Shown here piece by piece: positions 11,224-24,250 of a stretch of 64,000 nucleotides of DNA. The translations under genes and the position numbers were made by a program. The DNA is from Ginglymostoma cirratum (taxonomy: Eukaryota): assembly GCA_024137785.1 (NCBI GenBank), contig JAHRHZ010000122.1, forward strand, positions 2,848,467-2,912,466, given 5' to 3'. Under the pieces are notes generated by a model. That model did not search any database and was not told where the DNA came from. It was given only the letters and a program-made list of their open reading frames with translations. How positions within the stretch are numbered: the first letter of the stretch is position 1; every line of letters begins with the position of its first letter.

Positions 11224-12864
11224 CTGTGTGGCAAGAGGGGACAAAAAAAAAACAGATCAGTCTATGAACGCAGAGCAACGAGCTCACCAACATCCTTAAA
11301 ACACATGCCTGGGAGCCTATTGTTTCCCAAACTGACCGAATGGAGATGAATTGAACTCCTTAACACACACTCTCTTAATCTAATGGTGGTCCTACTGTCA
11401 CTTATTTAAAAGCAATAATTTGAACCCAGGGCTCCAGCAGATTGCATCGAGCTCTCCGGGGCAAACACCCTGGTTTGAAGCAGAGTTTGAGAGGATGCAG
11501 AAGGAAGCTTTCAAATTCCACCCCCCTTCCTTGCATCATCCAACAATCTCCCCAGCAGTCTCCTTCTCAAAGAAAGCCTTCGACTTCCCAAGTCCCAGCC
11601 AACTTCTTTGAGAGAGGCTCTGATTTCTCCACATGGTCGGGGTCCTTCAATGATGGTGGATGAGAAGAGGACAGAACACATCACAGAACACAAAGATTGA
11701 ACACTGCAAACTAATAGTTTTCCTTGCATGAGAATCACATGTTCAAATAAAAAAGAATGCAGAATGATCAACTCAGACAGGAAAGCAAGAAAACAAGCAA
11801 GAGCAGGGAGATCGGAACACAAGACTACCTGATTGGAAGATGAATATCTTCTCTTCTTAGCCTGCACATCCCCGGTAACAATCCCAAATAGTAGCAATGA
11901 GATAAAACAGCAATTTCAATAACTCATCATTGCTTGCAGTCAACCGAGTGGCACGCAATTCCTGCAAACAGCAATCTGCTGCCAATACCGACCAGCGCTG
12001 AACAAACACATAGACTTCTCTCACCGCTCCGAGACTGCAGTGCCCCTTATCCTAGCCTCAGTGCCGTCTTTCCAGGTGAGGCTATTCCAACGGATTACAT
12101 CTGCAGTGACGGATCAGGATGCAGGGAATACGTGAAATCAGGAAATGACTTGTGGATGGGGTCATGGTTTTTACCTTATCGTAATAGGTCCACTTCTGAT
12201 TTTGTCACAGTCTGTTTGACCACGAGAGGCCCACCAGAAATGGACCAGAGCTGATCGTATCAAACAGTTCTAGTCAATCCCCACCTTTAGCACCGTGCCC
12301 AGTTCTAATCAGTCTTTAGATCCCACTGAGTGATTAGTCAGTTGGGACTGGGTGTGGGGTGGGGGTGGTGTGCAAGATTGGCAAACAGGATCTTCAGCGA
12401 GAGAATAGAAAGGACTGAGGGGGTTCTGCAGTGCCTCCCACCTGGACGCTAAGTTCACCAAACAGTGTTTTTGTGGCAATGCCAAGAGATTGGACAGGAT
12501 GGGATACAAACAACAGTATTCCGATCAGACCTTGGCTACCTCGCTGAGACCTGTTGAGGTTCCTCTGGAAGGGATGGATCTTGCATTTGGCAGTGTGTGA
12601 AGTTCGGCAAACTGGAATGTTGCAAATCTCTCAGCCCTGCCCAGCAAACCTTCTTTACTCAGCACAGAAAGACATATCGTTTTCCTGATTGTGACCATAT
12701 GGATGTGAAGGAAACAGTTCTGACAACTGGTGGTTGCAGCACAAGCGAGCATCTGTTCAGATAAGTGAGCGAGCGGGCGCGTACATTTTGTTTTAAAGAT
12801 TCTGAGACCCACAATGTGAGACTGTGCACTTTGGTAGGGAGAACAGAGAAGTAGACTATTTTCA

Positions 12865-13498
12865 AAACACGGAAAGGACGCAGAAATCTGAAGCACAAAC
12901 GGACTTGGGAGTCCGGGTTCAGGATTCTCTTAAGATTAACACACAGGTTCACTTAGCAGTTAGGAAGAAACTGGTCCGAAGAAAAGGCTCAGGTCAGTAC
13001 GCATTTGGAATATCAAGAAAAGTTTTGGGCCCCAAGGATGTGCTGACATCGGAGGAGGTTTATCAGTATGAACCCAGGATGAAGGCCTTATCATATGAGG
13101 AACAGTTCAGGACTCTGGGTCTGTACCTCTTGGAGTTTAGAAAAATGAAGGGGAATCTGGTTGAAACTTAGAAAACACTGACAGGCCTGGATAGAGCAGA
13201 CATGGAGAAGATGTTGCCACCAGGAGGACAGACTAGGACCCAAGGACAGATCCTTAGAGTGAAGGGACGACCCTTTAGAACTGAAATGAGGAGGAATTTC
13301 TTCAGCCAGAGGGGGGGTGAATCTATGGAACTCATTGCAGCAGACAGCTGTGGAGGCCAAGTCATTGAGTGTATCTAAGACAAAGATAGATAGGTTCTTG
13401 ATTGGTATGGGGATCAAGGCAGGAGAATGGGGTTGAGAAACATATCAGCCACGATCGAGCAGATTTAATGGGCCAAATGGCCTGTATCTTATGGTCTG
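12865..13498 (+). mobile_element. CR1-type LINE 3' fragment
   Basis: DLGVRVQDSLK, LSYEEQFRTLGLYLLEFRKMKGNL and CR1 tail. Confidence 0.85.
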
Positions 13499-13715
13499 AC
13501 ATAACTTGACAATCCAAAGAAACAATGCTGTCACTGATATCTTTGATTTTTGCTTACAGGTTAATCAAAATGTAGTTTAAATCGATAATCTAGTTATATA
13601 ACAACATCCTTGCTTCAACAAAGACCATTGATAAAAGATGTTGAGTTCTATTGTAATGTTCAGCAAATTAACAGCAGCAAATTATTGTAATGTAGACTGC
13701 AATCCCCGAGCTCAC

Positions 13716-13798
13716 CTCTTGCTGTTTCTCCTCATTGGGGTAGGTATCCATGAATATTCCCAGTCCGGAGAACAGATCCTTACTTCCGAACACTGTAC
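13716..13798 (-). CDS. LMAN2L: LMAN2L exon 4
   Basis: GTVFGSKDLFSGLGIFMDTYPNEEKQQE; 83 nt. Confidence 0.95.
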
Positions 13799-13984
13799 CT
13801 GAAGGGGAGAGAGTGTTCAGAAAACCATAAAACTAGGCATCGCGTTTCCCCCCCCTCCCTACCATAATTTCTCCCCATCTCAACCAGACAGTGATCAAAT
13901 TTTGTTCGGCACCTCTCCAAATGGCAGCCACTATTTGGAAATCTGCCCAAGTAGACATTCAAGAACAACTAGTGTTTATATGAA

Positions 13985-14525
13985 GCCTTTAACCTAATTA
14001 AACAGCTGTCGGTCCTTCTCAGAAACATTCTGAAACAAGACGTGAGCAAGCCATTGTTGGTCAAGAAGGTTGATTTTAAGGAGTTTCTTGAAAGAGGACA
14101 GATAAGGGCAAAGAGCTGTACTGGTAATTACAGAGCTTGGGGCCCAGGCAATTGAAGGGCCATTCAACAGTGATGCAGAAATTCAAACCAAGGAGACACA
14201 AAAGGCCAGCAACAAAGGAGCACAGATACCCCTAGTGGGGTGAAAAAGAGGTTACGAAGATTTTTGGGATGGGGAGGGTGGGAATGGTTGGGTTTGGAAA
14301 GAACGATGAGGGTTTTAAAAATCAAGAAATTGTTTGACCAGGAGCAGGTCACTGTGTGCGTGGGGGTTTGACAGGGCGAAATGGGACTCGCAGTGAGTTA
14401 AGACACAGGCAGCAGTGTTCTGGATGAGCTCAAGGTGGAGGAGGGTAGAATGTGGGAGTGTGTTGGAATAACCGAATCTGGAAGGAAAGATGAGGTTTTC
14501 AGCAGCTCTTGAGCTGAGATGAGGG
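13985..14525 (-). mobile_element. Old L2-type LINE 3' fragment
   Basis: Purine-rich degenerate repeat shared with ~33000, 35930, 36750 and 37500 (AETLAHSFATSR resembles the L2 RT C-terminus). Confidence 0.55.
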
Positions 14526-14589
14526 TCAAGTCAGGGCAAGCTAAGGAAGTAGAAATAGGTGACCTTTGTCAGGGCAGGGATATGAAAAG

Positions 14590-15458
14590 ATGACACGAGA
14601 ATTGGTGAAGTTGTGGATAGTCAGGCAGGTTGTCAAAGGATACAGGATATAGATCAGTTGGAAAGTTGGGTGGAGAAATGGCAGGTGGAGTTTAATCTGG
14701 ACAAGTGTGCATTTTGGGAGGTCAAGTGCAAAAGGAATGTAAATACTAAATGGCAGGACCTTGAGGAGCACTGATATACGGAGGTCTTGGGGTGCAAGTC
14801 AACAGCTCCTTGAAAGTGGCAAGACAAGTGGATAAGGTGGTAAAGAAGGCGTACAGCGTGTTTGCCTTTATTAGTTGGGGCACTGAGTATAAAACTTGGC
14901 AAGTTATAGCCGTTTCAAACTTTAGCTGGGCCACATTTGGAGTATTATGTGCAATTCTGCTTGCAACACTATAGGAAGGAATGTGGAAGCTTTGGACAGG
15001 TTGCAGAAGAGGTTGACCAGGATGTGGCCTGGATTGGAGTGTATTAGCTTTCAGGAGGGGTTGGGCAAATGTGGATTGTTTTTGCTGGAGTACTGGAGGC
15101 TGAGGGGCAACTTGATAGAAGTATATAAAGTTATGAGAGGTATGGATAGGGTGGATAGTCAGAGTATTTTGCCCAGGGTGGAAATGGCAAATACTAGGGG
15201 GCATAGGTTTAAGGTGAGAGGGGAAAAGTTTAAAGATGTGTGAAGCAAGTGTTATTTTTCACACAGATGGTGGTAGGCACCTGGAACGTGCTGCCAGGGG
15301 AGCTGGTAGAAGCAGATATTATAATAACATTTAAGAGGCATTTAGAAGATGCATTAACAGGCAGGGAATAGAAGGATACAGGCAGATGGGGTTAATTTAG
15401 ATTGGCATCAAGGTCGGCACAGACATGGTGGGCTAGAAGGCCTGTTCCTGTGCTGTAT
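14590..15458 (+). mobile_element. CR1-type LINE 3' fragment
   Basis: KVARQVDKVVKKAYSVFAFI, LQKRLTRMWPGLE, TRGHRFKVRGEKFK. Confidence 0.9.
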
Positions 15459-16504
15459 AGATATTCAATGTGGAGGTCAAATAATGACACCAAGGTTTAG
15501 TCTCAAACAGTTGGCATGGAGAAGAATAGAGTTGGAGCAAGGGAAACAGTTTGAAGAGGTCCTAGATATGCACTGACTTAAACGTGCATCTTGTATTTAT
15601 CCACTTATTTATCATTATTGGTTGATATGATCCCAGCTTGTTATTACTGAGATCCCAGACTGAAACTTGGCTCGATTGATCACGTTTAGTTTTCATGGAC
15701 AAGTTGGATCGAAGGGTCTGTTTCTGTGCTGTATGACTCTCTGGTCTCTCATCAAAACATAAGCACGCAATGTTGCGGAATAGGCTTCAACAATGAAAGA
15801 GAAATTTATGAAGCAAAAGAAACAAAGACAAAATAGAACAGACTATTTGCTTATAATACAAACATAAACATTTTGAAACACCTTTAAATTCAATCCCGAC
15901 AACACTCATTTACAAACTCGTCAACAGCCACCCCCTTGCACAATACTCTCACCAGAACCCCTTCCTCTAACACCTTGATACGTTTAATTTAACTGATTTC
16001 AACTCACGATCTGAAAAAATCCAGGAAAAAAACCGTCATACATTTGTGTACTCCGCTTCAAATAACCTCCAAGACTGTTATTCAAACTCTCACATTCTGG
16101 GACTACTACTACATTGTTTGTTTTAAGATAATCTGTTTTCTACCTTCTCCCTTTCTCAGGAAAACTGAATTAAACATCTGACTTCATCCACCAACTTCTG
16201 CAGGACTGCCCCAAATTTAAAAAAAAACACCTCTTGCCTTAAGCTTAAAAAACACAAGTCCAAACATTTCTAATGGAAACCCTGAAGCACAATTGCTTGG
16301 AGGTAAATTTTCCAAATATACACAAAAACCCATTAGTTCTGTCAGCCACTTTTCTATCAAAAGTTGTTTTTAAGAGAAATCATCATTGCTGCAGAAAAAC
16401 TTAACAGGTTCATCATTAAACCCTTCGGACACACAGAAAAACCTAATTGTCACAAATTCAAAAATCAAACTTTCAAACTGAACAATAAATGGTATGAAAA
16501 TTGT

Positions 16505-16900
16505 TTTGAGTTATAAGGAGAAGCTGGAAAGGCAGGGACTTTTCCCACTGGAGCATAGGAAGTTGAGGGGTGACCTTAGAGGTGTGTAAGATCGTGTGGG
16601 GTATAGATAAGGTGAATGGCGGGTGTCTTTTCCCTAGGGTGGGGAAGTTCAAAACATTGGGACATATTTTTAAAGTGAGAGAAGGAAGATTTAAAAAAGA
16701 CACAGAGGGCAAATTTTTTTTGTAGAGTGGTTCATGTTTGGAATGAAGTAGTGGATGCGGGTACAGTTACAATGTTTATGAGACATTAAGTACATGAATA
16801 TGAAATGTTTGAAGGGATATGGGTGAAGTGCAGGCAGGTGGGACTAGTTTAGTTTGGCATAGGCTAGTTGGACCGAGGGTCTGTTTCTGTGCTGTCTGAT
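16505..16900 (+). mobile_element. CR1-type LINE 3' tail
   Basis: Similar to 8700-9090. Confidence 0.85.
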
Positions 16901-17192
16901 TCTACGTATAAATGAGACACCTAACATCACATTATTCCAGTTTTGGTGAAAGATGATAGAGCTGAAACATTAGTTGTGTTTCTCCAAGATGTTGCCAGAC
17001 CTGCTGAGTTCTTCCATCACTTTTATTTTTATTTCAGATGTCACACATTGTGATATTTTACATTTGCATTGCAGCATCAGAGGGGGAAGATCTGATGTTA
17101 TCTTTTCTACCTGTGGTTGGGTTCCAGTAAATAAGCCCCATTCAAAGTAATGTCACTAGCCCACTTGTCTTGGAGGTTTCAGATCACTGTAC

Positions 17193-17310
17193 CTGGTTGC
17201 ATGCGATCTTTGGTATACCATATCGCAAACCCGTCACCATTCAGATTTTTTTTCCCTTGGCCGTGAATTTTGAAGTGGACCTGCACCTCCCAGTCTTGCA
17301 TTAAACAGGC
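17193..17310 (-). CDS. LMAN2L: LMAN2L exon 3
   Basis: ACLMQDWEVQVHFKIHGQGKKNLNGDGFAIWYTKDRMQP; 118 nt. Confidence 0.95.
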
Positions 17311-17429
17311 CTAAAGACACACAGATGGAGCATGAGTAATCTCTGAAGATATTAAAGGTGAAACTGTAACATGAGTAAATTACAGCACGAAGCAATTAAA
17401 AGGCAAAGTCCACATTGTCTCTTAAATTG

Positions 17430-18030
17430 CTGTGTCTAATCCTGTGCTGTACCTATCCTGGGAGTGTTTGATGGGGACAGTGTCAATGGATCTTTACTTT
17501 CAGTTTAAGAGAGTAGTAGCAGCTTTACTCTTATCTAATCCCACGTTCTCCCTATCCTGGGAGTGTTTGATGGGAACATTGTAGAGGCAGGCTTACTTTC
17601 AGCTAAAAGAGTAGAGTGATTTAGTCTGGGTCTATCCTGTGCTTGACCTGCCCTGCAAGTGTTTCATGGGGATAGTGTAGAGGCTGGTTTCCTCTGTATA
17701 AATCACTGCTGTATCTGTCAAGGGAGTGTTCGATGCGAAGCCTGGGTTCTTCAAATGATTATTTTCATTGCTCAACAGCACGTTTCAATGTAACTTTGTG
17801 ATGACCAAAAAGACAGCTGAAGCACAGATTACAAACAAAATACAGCCTTTGCTCTTCTATAACTTTGCTGTACTTGTCCTGGTGCTGTTCAATGGGGCGT
17901 AGGGTTTACTTTCTGCTAAAAAAGTAGAGGGAGCTTCACTCTGTATCTAATCCTGTGTTGTCCCTGTCCTGGAAGTGTTTGATGGAGATGGTGTAGTAGG
18001 AGCTTCACTGTGTATCCAGTCTATTTTGTA
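17430..18030 (+). repeat. Diverged ~70-bp minisatellite array in LMAN2L intron 2
   Basis: Repeated ..atcctgggagtgtttgatgggga.agtgt.. units. Confidence 0.8.
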
Positions 18031-18132
18031 CCACATTGATGCTGCCACTTGTGTGGAAAGCACTCATTTCCCTTTGCTAACATGCTTATCCCAAAATTTA
18101 CAAATACATCAAAACAAGGAATGAACCCTTAC

Positions 18133-18254
18133 TACACGATTCCAGATCGCTCCCTGTTTGCTCTGAAGATCGGGTGTCAGACGTATAAAATGGGAGGTCA
18201 CCATTGTGTTTCCCTGGAGGTCCCAGTGAGTGTTAGAACCTGTGGCTCCCACAC
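18133..18254 (-). CDS. LMAN2L: LMAN2L exon 2
   Basis: GVGATGSNTHWDLQGNTMVTSHFIRLTPDLQSKQGAIWNRV; 122 nt. Confidence 0.95.
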
Positions 18255-18374
18255 CTGCAAGAGAGACAGAAACAAGAATCACATAGCAGTTAAGACAGAA
18301 GAGCTCCCTTCGACGAAATCATTCCTTTGCTGACACTGGGTCAAAATCCTACAACTCTGTCGCTCACAGAAATG

Positions 18375-19395
18375 CGAGGAGGAGCAGATGCAGGCCATTC
18401 AGCCTTTTATCTGCTTCCCCTATTCAATAAGATCATGGCCGATCTGATTGCACGTTCAAATCTGCATTCCCAACACCCCCGATAACTTTTCACCCTCTCC
18501 TCGCTTACCAAAAATCTCTTTCAACCCGGAAAACATTCAAAGGACTCTACAAATTCTGTCTTTTCAGGAGAGTTCCAAACATTCACCACCCTCAGAGAAA
18601 AGAATCATCTTTCAAATGGATAACCCCCGATATGTAAACAGTAATCCCCTCGTTCTAGCTTCTCCCTCAACAGGAAACATCCTTTCCACATGCACCCTAT
18701 CCAGACCCCTCAGGATCTTAGGTCTTTCAATCAAATCACCTTTTAATCTTTTAAACTCCAACAGGTACAAACCTAGTCTGCTAAGACACCCGGCCCTCTG
18801 CCAGTAATAGTCTGGTAAACCTTCCCTGAACTGGTTCCAAAGCATTTAATCATAGAATCATACAGTACAGAAGAAGGCCTTCAGTCCATCGAGTCTGTAC
18901 TGACAAAAATCTAATTTAAATCTGCATTCATGCCACTTTCCAGCAATGGCCCAAAACCTTGAATGTTATAACATTTCAAGTGCTCATCCAAGTAATTTTT
19001 AAAGGTTGTGAGGTTTCCGTCCTCGACTACCTCTCTAGGGAGTGCATTCCAGATTATCACCACTCTCAAGTGATTTCTTTTTCCCCAAATCCCCTCTAAA
19101 CCTCATGCCTTTGACCTTAAAATGATGCCCCCTGTCATTGGCCCTTCAACTAAGGGGAATAGCTACTTTCTATCCACCCTGTCCATGTCCCCTCATAATC
19201 TTATGCACCTTAATTAGGACCCCTTCAACCTTGCCTACTTCCAAAGAATGAGTTTATCCAGCCTGTCTTCATAGCTAACCAAAGTGCTCAATCCCAGGCA
19301 ACATCCTTGGTGAATCTCGTCTATAACCTCATCGTTCCTGTAGTGCAGGAACGAGAACTGAACACAATATTCTAAGTGGCGCCTAACCAACGTCC
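18375..19395 (-). mobile_element. Two adjacent CR1-type 3' fragments
   Basis: RLGLYLLEFKRLKGDLIE; catagaatcatacag tail at ~18850. Confidence 0.8.
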
Positions 19396-19778
19396 CTCTA
19401 TTTTTTTGTATAACTAAACTACAATCTCCTACATTTGTATTCGATTCTTGTGGCGATAACTGATAACATTGTGAGGTTTCCTAATTGCTGGCAGTGCCTG
19501 CATACATTTCAGCTTGCACAGCGCTTCTCTATCCCTCATTGCCTAATATGGCGACCATACTTGTGCACGCAACTTGAGTGGGGTCCATTCTCCCTGAATA
19601 TGGTGATTGCGATCCCTGCGCTTGGCCGCCCCCAAGGGTTCGAGGTGCTTTGCTAGTAACAGATTGGGTGAAGAGGGGCCGAGGAAGGGTGGTGGTGGTA
19701 TTGGTGTTGTTAATACCATTCAATGCAATTTGTTCGAATGTTTACAGCGAGAGGAAGGGAAGTAAAGGCAGCCCTTAC

Positions 19779-19896
19779 CCTGGTAGGGTTTCATCAAGCT
19801 GTGCTCTCGTTTCAGATACTCCTCTGTGCCCGCGTCCGCCTGGGCACGGCTGAGCAGAGCCGCAAGCAGCGAACACAGTGCCCAGGGTAGCGCCAT
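19779..19896 (-). CDS. LMAN2L: LMAN2L exon 1 (signal peptide)
   Basis: MALPWALCSLLAALLSRAQADAGTEEYLKREHSLMKPYQ G|gtaagg; gacgATGG context; missed by the ORF track. Confidence 0.93.
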
Positions 19897-19899
19897 CGT

Positions 19900-20110
19900 C
19901 GCTGCTGCAACTGCAAGCGGAACAGCTACGCAGGGAGATCCCGCCTCCTCCGACAGAGCCCGCCGCTCTTGGATTGGCTGCTGCCACGGTCAATCACGGC
20001 GCGGGCTCCGGGGCCGCGTTCCATTTTGGAACGTTGCGCTTTGGGCCCCCGCCGCCCATTGGTTGTTGGAATGGATACTTTTCCCACAGGCTGGGCTCGG
20101 TCTATCCTCC
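19900..20110 (-). promoter_or_regulatory. LMAN2L CpG-rich promoter/5'UTR
   Basis: CpG-rich; CCAAT boxes at 19973 and ~20058; GC box. Confidence 0.65.
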
Positions 20111-21359
20111 CCAACCCGCTGTTACCACCTCCCCAAATAGACTTTGCTTTTGTTTCTGTCCCTCACCAGCGTGAGAGGGGTCCAAACTTGGAATAAAACA
20201 AACTGGAAGTGCAGGAGAAACTCAACAGGTCTAGTAGCTTTTGTGGAGACGGAAAAAACACAGTTAACGTTTCCTCTCCCACAGGACTTCTCCAAAAGAC
20301 TGGAAATGCTAACTTTTTTTTTGTCTCGGCCAGTGCAACAATTGGACCCAGAGTTTTGAACAAAATTTGGTTACATTTTTCTTTCGGGTGCTAATTTTAG
20401 CCGAGAAGCAGCAACGAAATTAATGGTTGACAAAGATTGTAGGTTATCATTGGGAAACCAGCATTCAAAGTAAAAACAACTTGAAACATCGTGAGCTTAA
20501 ACAAAATCAATAGTTTGACCCTTGTTTCTTAAAGTTTCCAAATTTAATCGGATTTTGCTTTCCATTTTGACACCACAAAGTCCGATGGAGAGGCTCAAAT
20601 AGAAAGATCCGGCAAATTCTAGTCATCAGTGGACGGTTTTCCTTTAATTCATCTCAACTTAATAATCACGAGGAACATCACGTCTTGCGTGAAACATGCA
20701 TTTCTAAATTTAAACTTGAGCTATCTGTCGGTTTTCAGTAAGCTGCACTGTAATAAAGTTGTCTGGCCAAATATATTTAGATAGAATTACAGAGAAAGCA
20801 ATAGCTGGTTGTCGGTCAATCGGAAGGCACTAATTGAAGAGTTTTGAAGATGTCGCAAGAGTTTTTTATGAATGCCCAGTTAGACCCTAATTTTGTTATA
20901 TATGGGTATTATGAGCCTATTTTGAATGGTGGCAATTTCCTTTGAAGTTTTTTTTGTAGTAAGATTAACAGTTCTTTTCTCAAACTACCCTTTCCTGCCC
21001 CAAATCTTGAGCCCCCCACATCTGAGCTCTTCCTTGCACAGGACGCCACGTTTGAATACCTCCAGGATTCAGAGTCAATACAGTGCGGAGCTAGAGGAAC
21101 TCAGCAGGCCAAGCAGCATCAGAGTCGATGTTTTGGGCCTAGACCCTGGGACTCCAACGGACTCCAAACAATGTTCAGATCATCCCAATTTGGCCCACGT
21201 CGACTCTTCTATTCCTCTGATGCTGCCTGGCCTGCTGTGTTCCTCCAGCTCCACATTGTATTGACTCTGACTCCAGCATCTGCAGTTCTTGCTACCTCCA
21301 TGGTTCAGCCTCCGTGCTGCAATGGATCTTTTCAAAATCTCAAGTGTGTTCATCTGAAT

Positions 21360-21690
21360 CATAGAATCTATACAGTGTGGAAGCAACCCATTTGGCTCGT
21401 TGAGTCCATAGCAATTCTCCAAACAGCACCCCACCCAAACCTGCCACACTCCCCACTCTATCCCTGTAACCGTGCATTTCCCATGTCTAACTCACCTAGC
21501 CTTCACATCCCTGGACGCTTTGAGACAATTTAGCATGGCCTAGCCACCTAACCTGCATATCGTTGGACTGTAGAAGGAAACCGGAGCACCCAGGGAAACC
21601 CACATAGACACAGGAAAAATGTGCAAACTCCGCCAGACAGTTGCTCGAAGGTGGAACTGAACCCAGGTCCCTGGTGCTGTCAATCAGCTT
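21360..21690 (-). mobile_element. HE1-type elasmobranch SINE
   Basis: Reverse complement of the 53287 element (tttagcatggcc..ccacctaacctgca..ggaaaccggagcacc). Confidence 0.8.
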
Positions 21691-22102
21691 TGCTCATTCC
21701 AATAATTATTTGGGAAAAATTTTGGCTTATCCAATACCAGATGTCAGATAGGCAGTCTGACAATTTAGACACAGTGGAAGTGGGTTGAGAGAGGTAATGG
21801 GAGGTAGAGCTGGGTCTCATCTGTGTGCACTGAAAACTAACATGCTTTCAACTAGTGTTACCAGGCAGATGAGGACCAAGCTTTTGGATGCCTGTATTAA
21901 CACCTCTGTACGTGGTTCGGTATCAAATTCAGTTTGGGAACATTCCCATGAATCTCCGTAGGTTGTTTAACTGAATTCCAGACACTGTACAGACAGTCTT
22001 TGCTGTGTTGGAACCTTGCTCCTGTGCTTTTCATTTTCATTTTCATATAAATTTGCTTATCACAGGCAAGCACATGGCTGGGGAATGTGAAGTTTCAAAG
22101 GA

Positions 22103-22700
22103 GTCATAGAGTTGTACAGCACGAAACAGACCCTTCGATCCAACTTGTCCATGTCAACCAAAGATCCTAAATTAATCTACTCCCATTTGCCAGCATTTGG
22201 TCCATATCCCTCTAATCCCTTCCTATTCATGCACCCATACAGATGCCTTTTAAATGTCACAATTGTACCAGCTTCCACCACTTCCTCTAGCAGTTCATTC
22301 CATACGCGCACTACCCTCTGCATGAAAAAGTTGCCCCTCAGGTCCCTTTTTAATCTTTCTCCTGTCACCTTACACCCATGCCCTCTAGTTTTGGACTCCC
22401 TTACCCTGGAAAAAAGACCTTGATTATTCACCCTATCCATGCCCCTCATGATTTTATAAACTTCTATTGGGTAATCCCTCAGCCTCCAACACTCCAAGGA
22501 AAACAGCCCCAGCCTGTTCAGCCTCTCCCTGTAGCTCAATCCCTCCAACATCCTTGTAAATCTTTTCTGCGCCCTTTCAGGTTTCACAGCACCCTTCCTA
22601 TAGCAGGGAGACCAGAACTGAATGCAACATTCCAAAAATAGCCTAACCAATGTCCTGTACAGCTGCAACATGACCTCCCAACTCCTATACTCAATGCACT
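22103..22700 (-). mobile_element. CR1-type LINE 3' end
   Basis: 164-aa ORF LYRTLVR..FWSPCYRK..TRGHGCKVTGERLK..VWNELLEEVV. Confidence 0.92.
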
Positions 22701-22964
22701 TGAAACTTTGTCTTGAAATTTTGGGTATCTATCAGAGATTATTAGGTCACTTACCTCACTACTTTATGGGGGTTTACGACATGCAAATTAGTACAATTCA
22801 GAAAGAATGTCATTAGTTATGAAGCCCCTTCATGGCATGCCCTGGGACCCTGTAGCAGAAATGTTAGGGAATTCATATTTTTTCTCAAAGATGTGCTACC
22901 TCATCATTCAGGAGCGTGATTCTATTTCTGGGCAGAAATTTTAACTCCATTAGCTTTTCACATG

Positions 22965-23225
22965 GAGAAGGTTATAAAGCAAAACCTCAAAGGTAGGAAT
23001 CTCTGGTTTACTCCCAGTGTCACACTCTAATAAAAATATAGGGCATATAAATTGATGGCTGAAGAGATGGTGCAATTTGCAAGGATTCAGATTTTTGGAT
23101 CATTGGGATCTCTTCTGGGGCAGAAAAGACCTGTTCAAAAGGGATGGGTTTCACCTGAACTGGAAAGGAACCAATATCCTGGGAGAGAGATGTGCTAATT
23201 CTATTCTGGGAGCTTTTAAACTAGC
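22965..23225 (+). mobile_element. CR1 ORF1 SGNH-esterase fragment
   Basis: GFRFLDHWDLFWGRKDLFKRDGFHLNWKGTNIL with DxxH-type motif. Confidence 0.8.
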
Positions 23226-23234
23226 AGAGGGGGT

Positions 23235-23640
23235 CAATGATGCTACCCGGAAACTGGAGGAGCAGCACCTCATATTCCGCCTTGGGAGCCTACGACCCAA
23301 TGGTCTCAATGTTGACTTCACTAGTTTCAAAATCTCCCCACCCCCGGCCTCGTCCCAGGACCAACCCTCCCTCTCATCCCCGCCTCCTTGACCCATTCAT
23401 CTTCCCTCCCACCAACCCACTCCTCCCGCCTCACTGAGCAATCCCCACCACTGCATACCTGCACTCACCTATCATCATCCCACCTACCTTCCCCAGTCCC
23501 ACCCCTCCTCTCTCTATTTATTTCAGAGCTCCCTTCCCCCTCCCCCATTTCTGAAGAAGGGTCCCGACCTGAAACACCAACTTTCCTGCTCCTCTGATGC
23601 TGCCTTGTCTGCTGTGTTCCTCCAGCTCCACACTGTGTTA
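23235..23640 (+). mobile_element. Penelope-like element 3' end (GIY-YIG C-terminus plus pLTR)
   Basis: ATRKLEEQHLIFRLGSLRPNGLNVDFTSF followed by a C-rich tail and ctgaagaagggtcccgacctgaaac. Confidence 0.8.
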
Positions 23641-23714
23641 TAAATTGGGACCCTTTTAGCTTGTTATCCTCCCCTCCCCCTATCCAAGTTTCTGCCCTTT
23701 CAAGTCTGGCAGGA

Positions 23715-24250
23715 GACACACCATTGTTCTGCCATTCTCATATTCCGATCACTTAATCTGAACCAACATCTTTTCTCCACCAGTATCCTACACCCACTAG
23801 CTGCACATCACCCCTGGCCAATCTTTTCTATAAATGATGTCTCCTCCACACTTCACTTCAGCTCTGATGAAGAGTCATCTAGATTTGAAACATTAGCTTG
23901 CCCTCTCTCCGTGGACGTTGTCTGACCCACTGTGATCTCCAGCATTTGTTGTTTTCAGTCTCCGTTAACAGCTTATCACTCTCCTAGCCAGATTGTTATT
24001 CACTCTTTTGTCTGTCCAACTGTTCTTCTCTCTCGATGGGCCCTATCCCCACCCTATAGTTTACTCCCCCCACCCTATCTGCTGCATATAAACCAACACT
24101 TACCTAGGTACACCACTTCTGAGGAAGGTTCACCAGGCCCGAAACGTTAACTCTGATTTCTCCTCACAGATGCTGCCAGACCTGCTGAGCCTTTCCAGTA
24201 ACTTCTGTTTTTGTTTCTGATTTATGGTGTCTGCAATTCTTGTGGTTTTT
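23715..24250 (+). mobile_element. Two further PLE pLTR-derived fragments
   Basis: ctgatgaagagtcatctagatttgaaac at 23864 and ctgaggaagg..gaaacgttaac at 24119. Confidence 0.7.

Noticed and set aside
15639-16454. AT-rich segment with TG...CA ends resembling a solo LTR
   Set aside because: No matching target-site duplication and no second copy in the window; unsupported
19973-19988. ATTGG...CCACG resembling an ER-stress element in the LMAN2L promoter
   Set aside because: Spacer is 6 nt; ERSE-II needs 1 nt and ERSE needs CCAAT-N9-CCACG
19775-19993. ORF-track protein over LMAN2L exon 1
   Set aside because: Wrong frame; the true frame starts at ATG 19896 and gives EYLKREHSL
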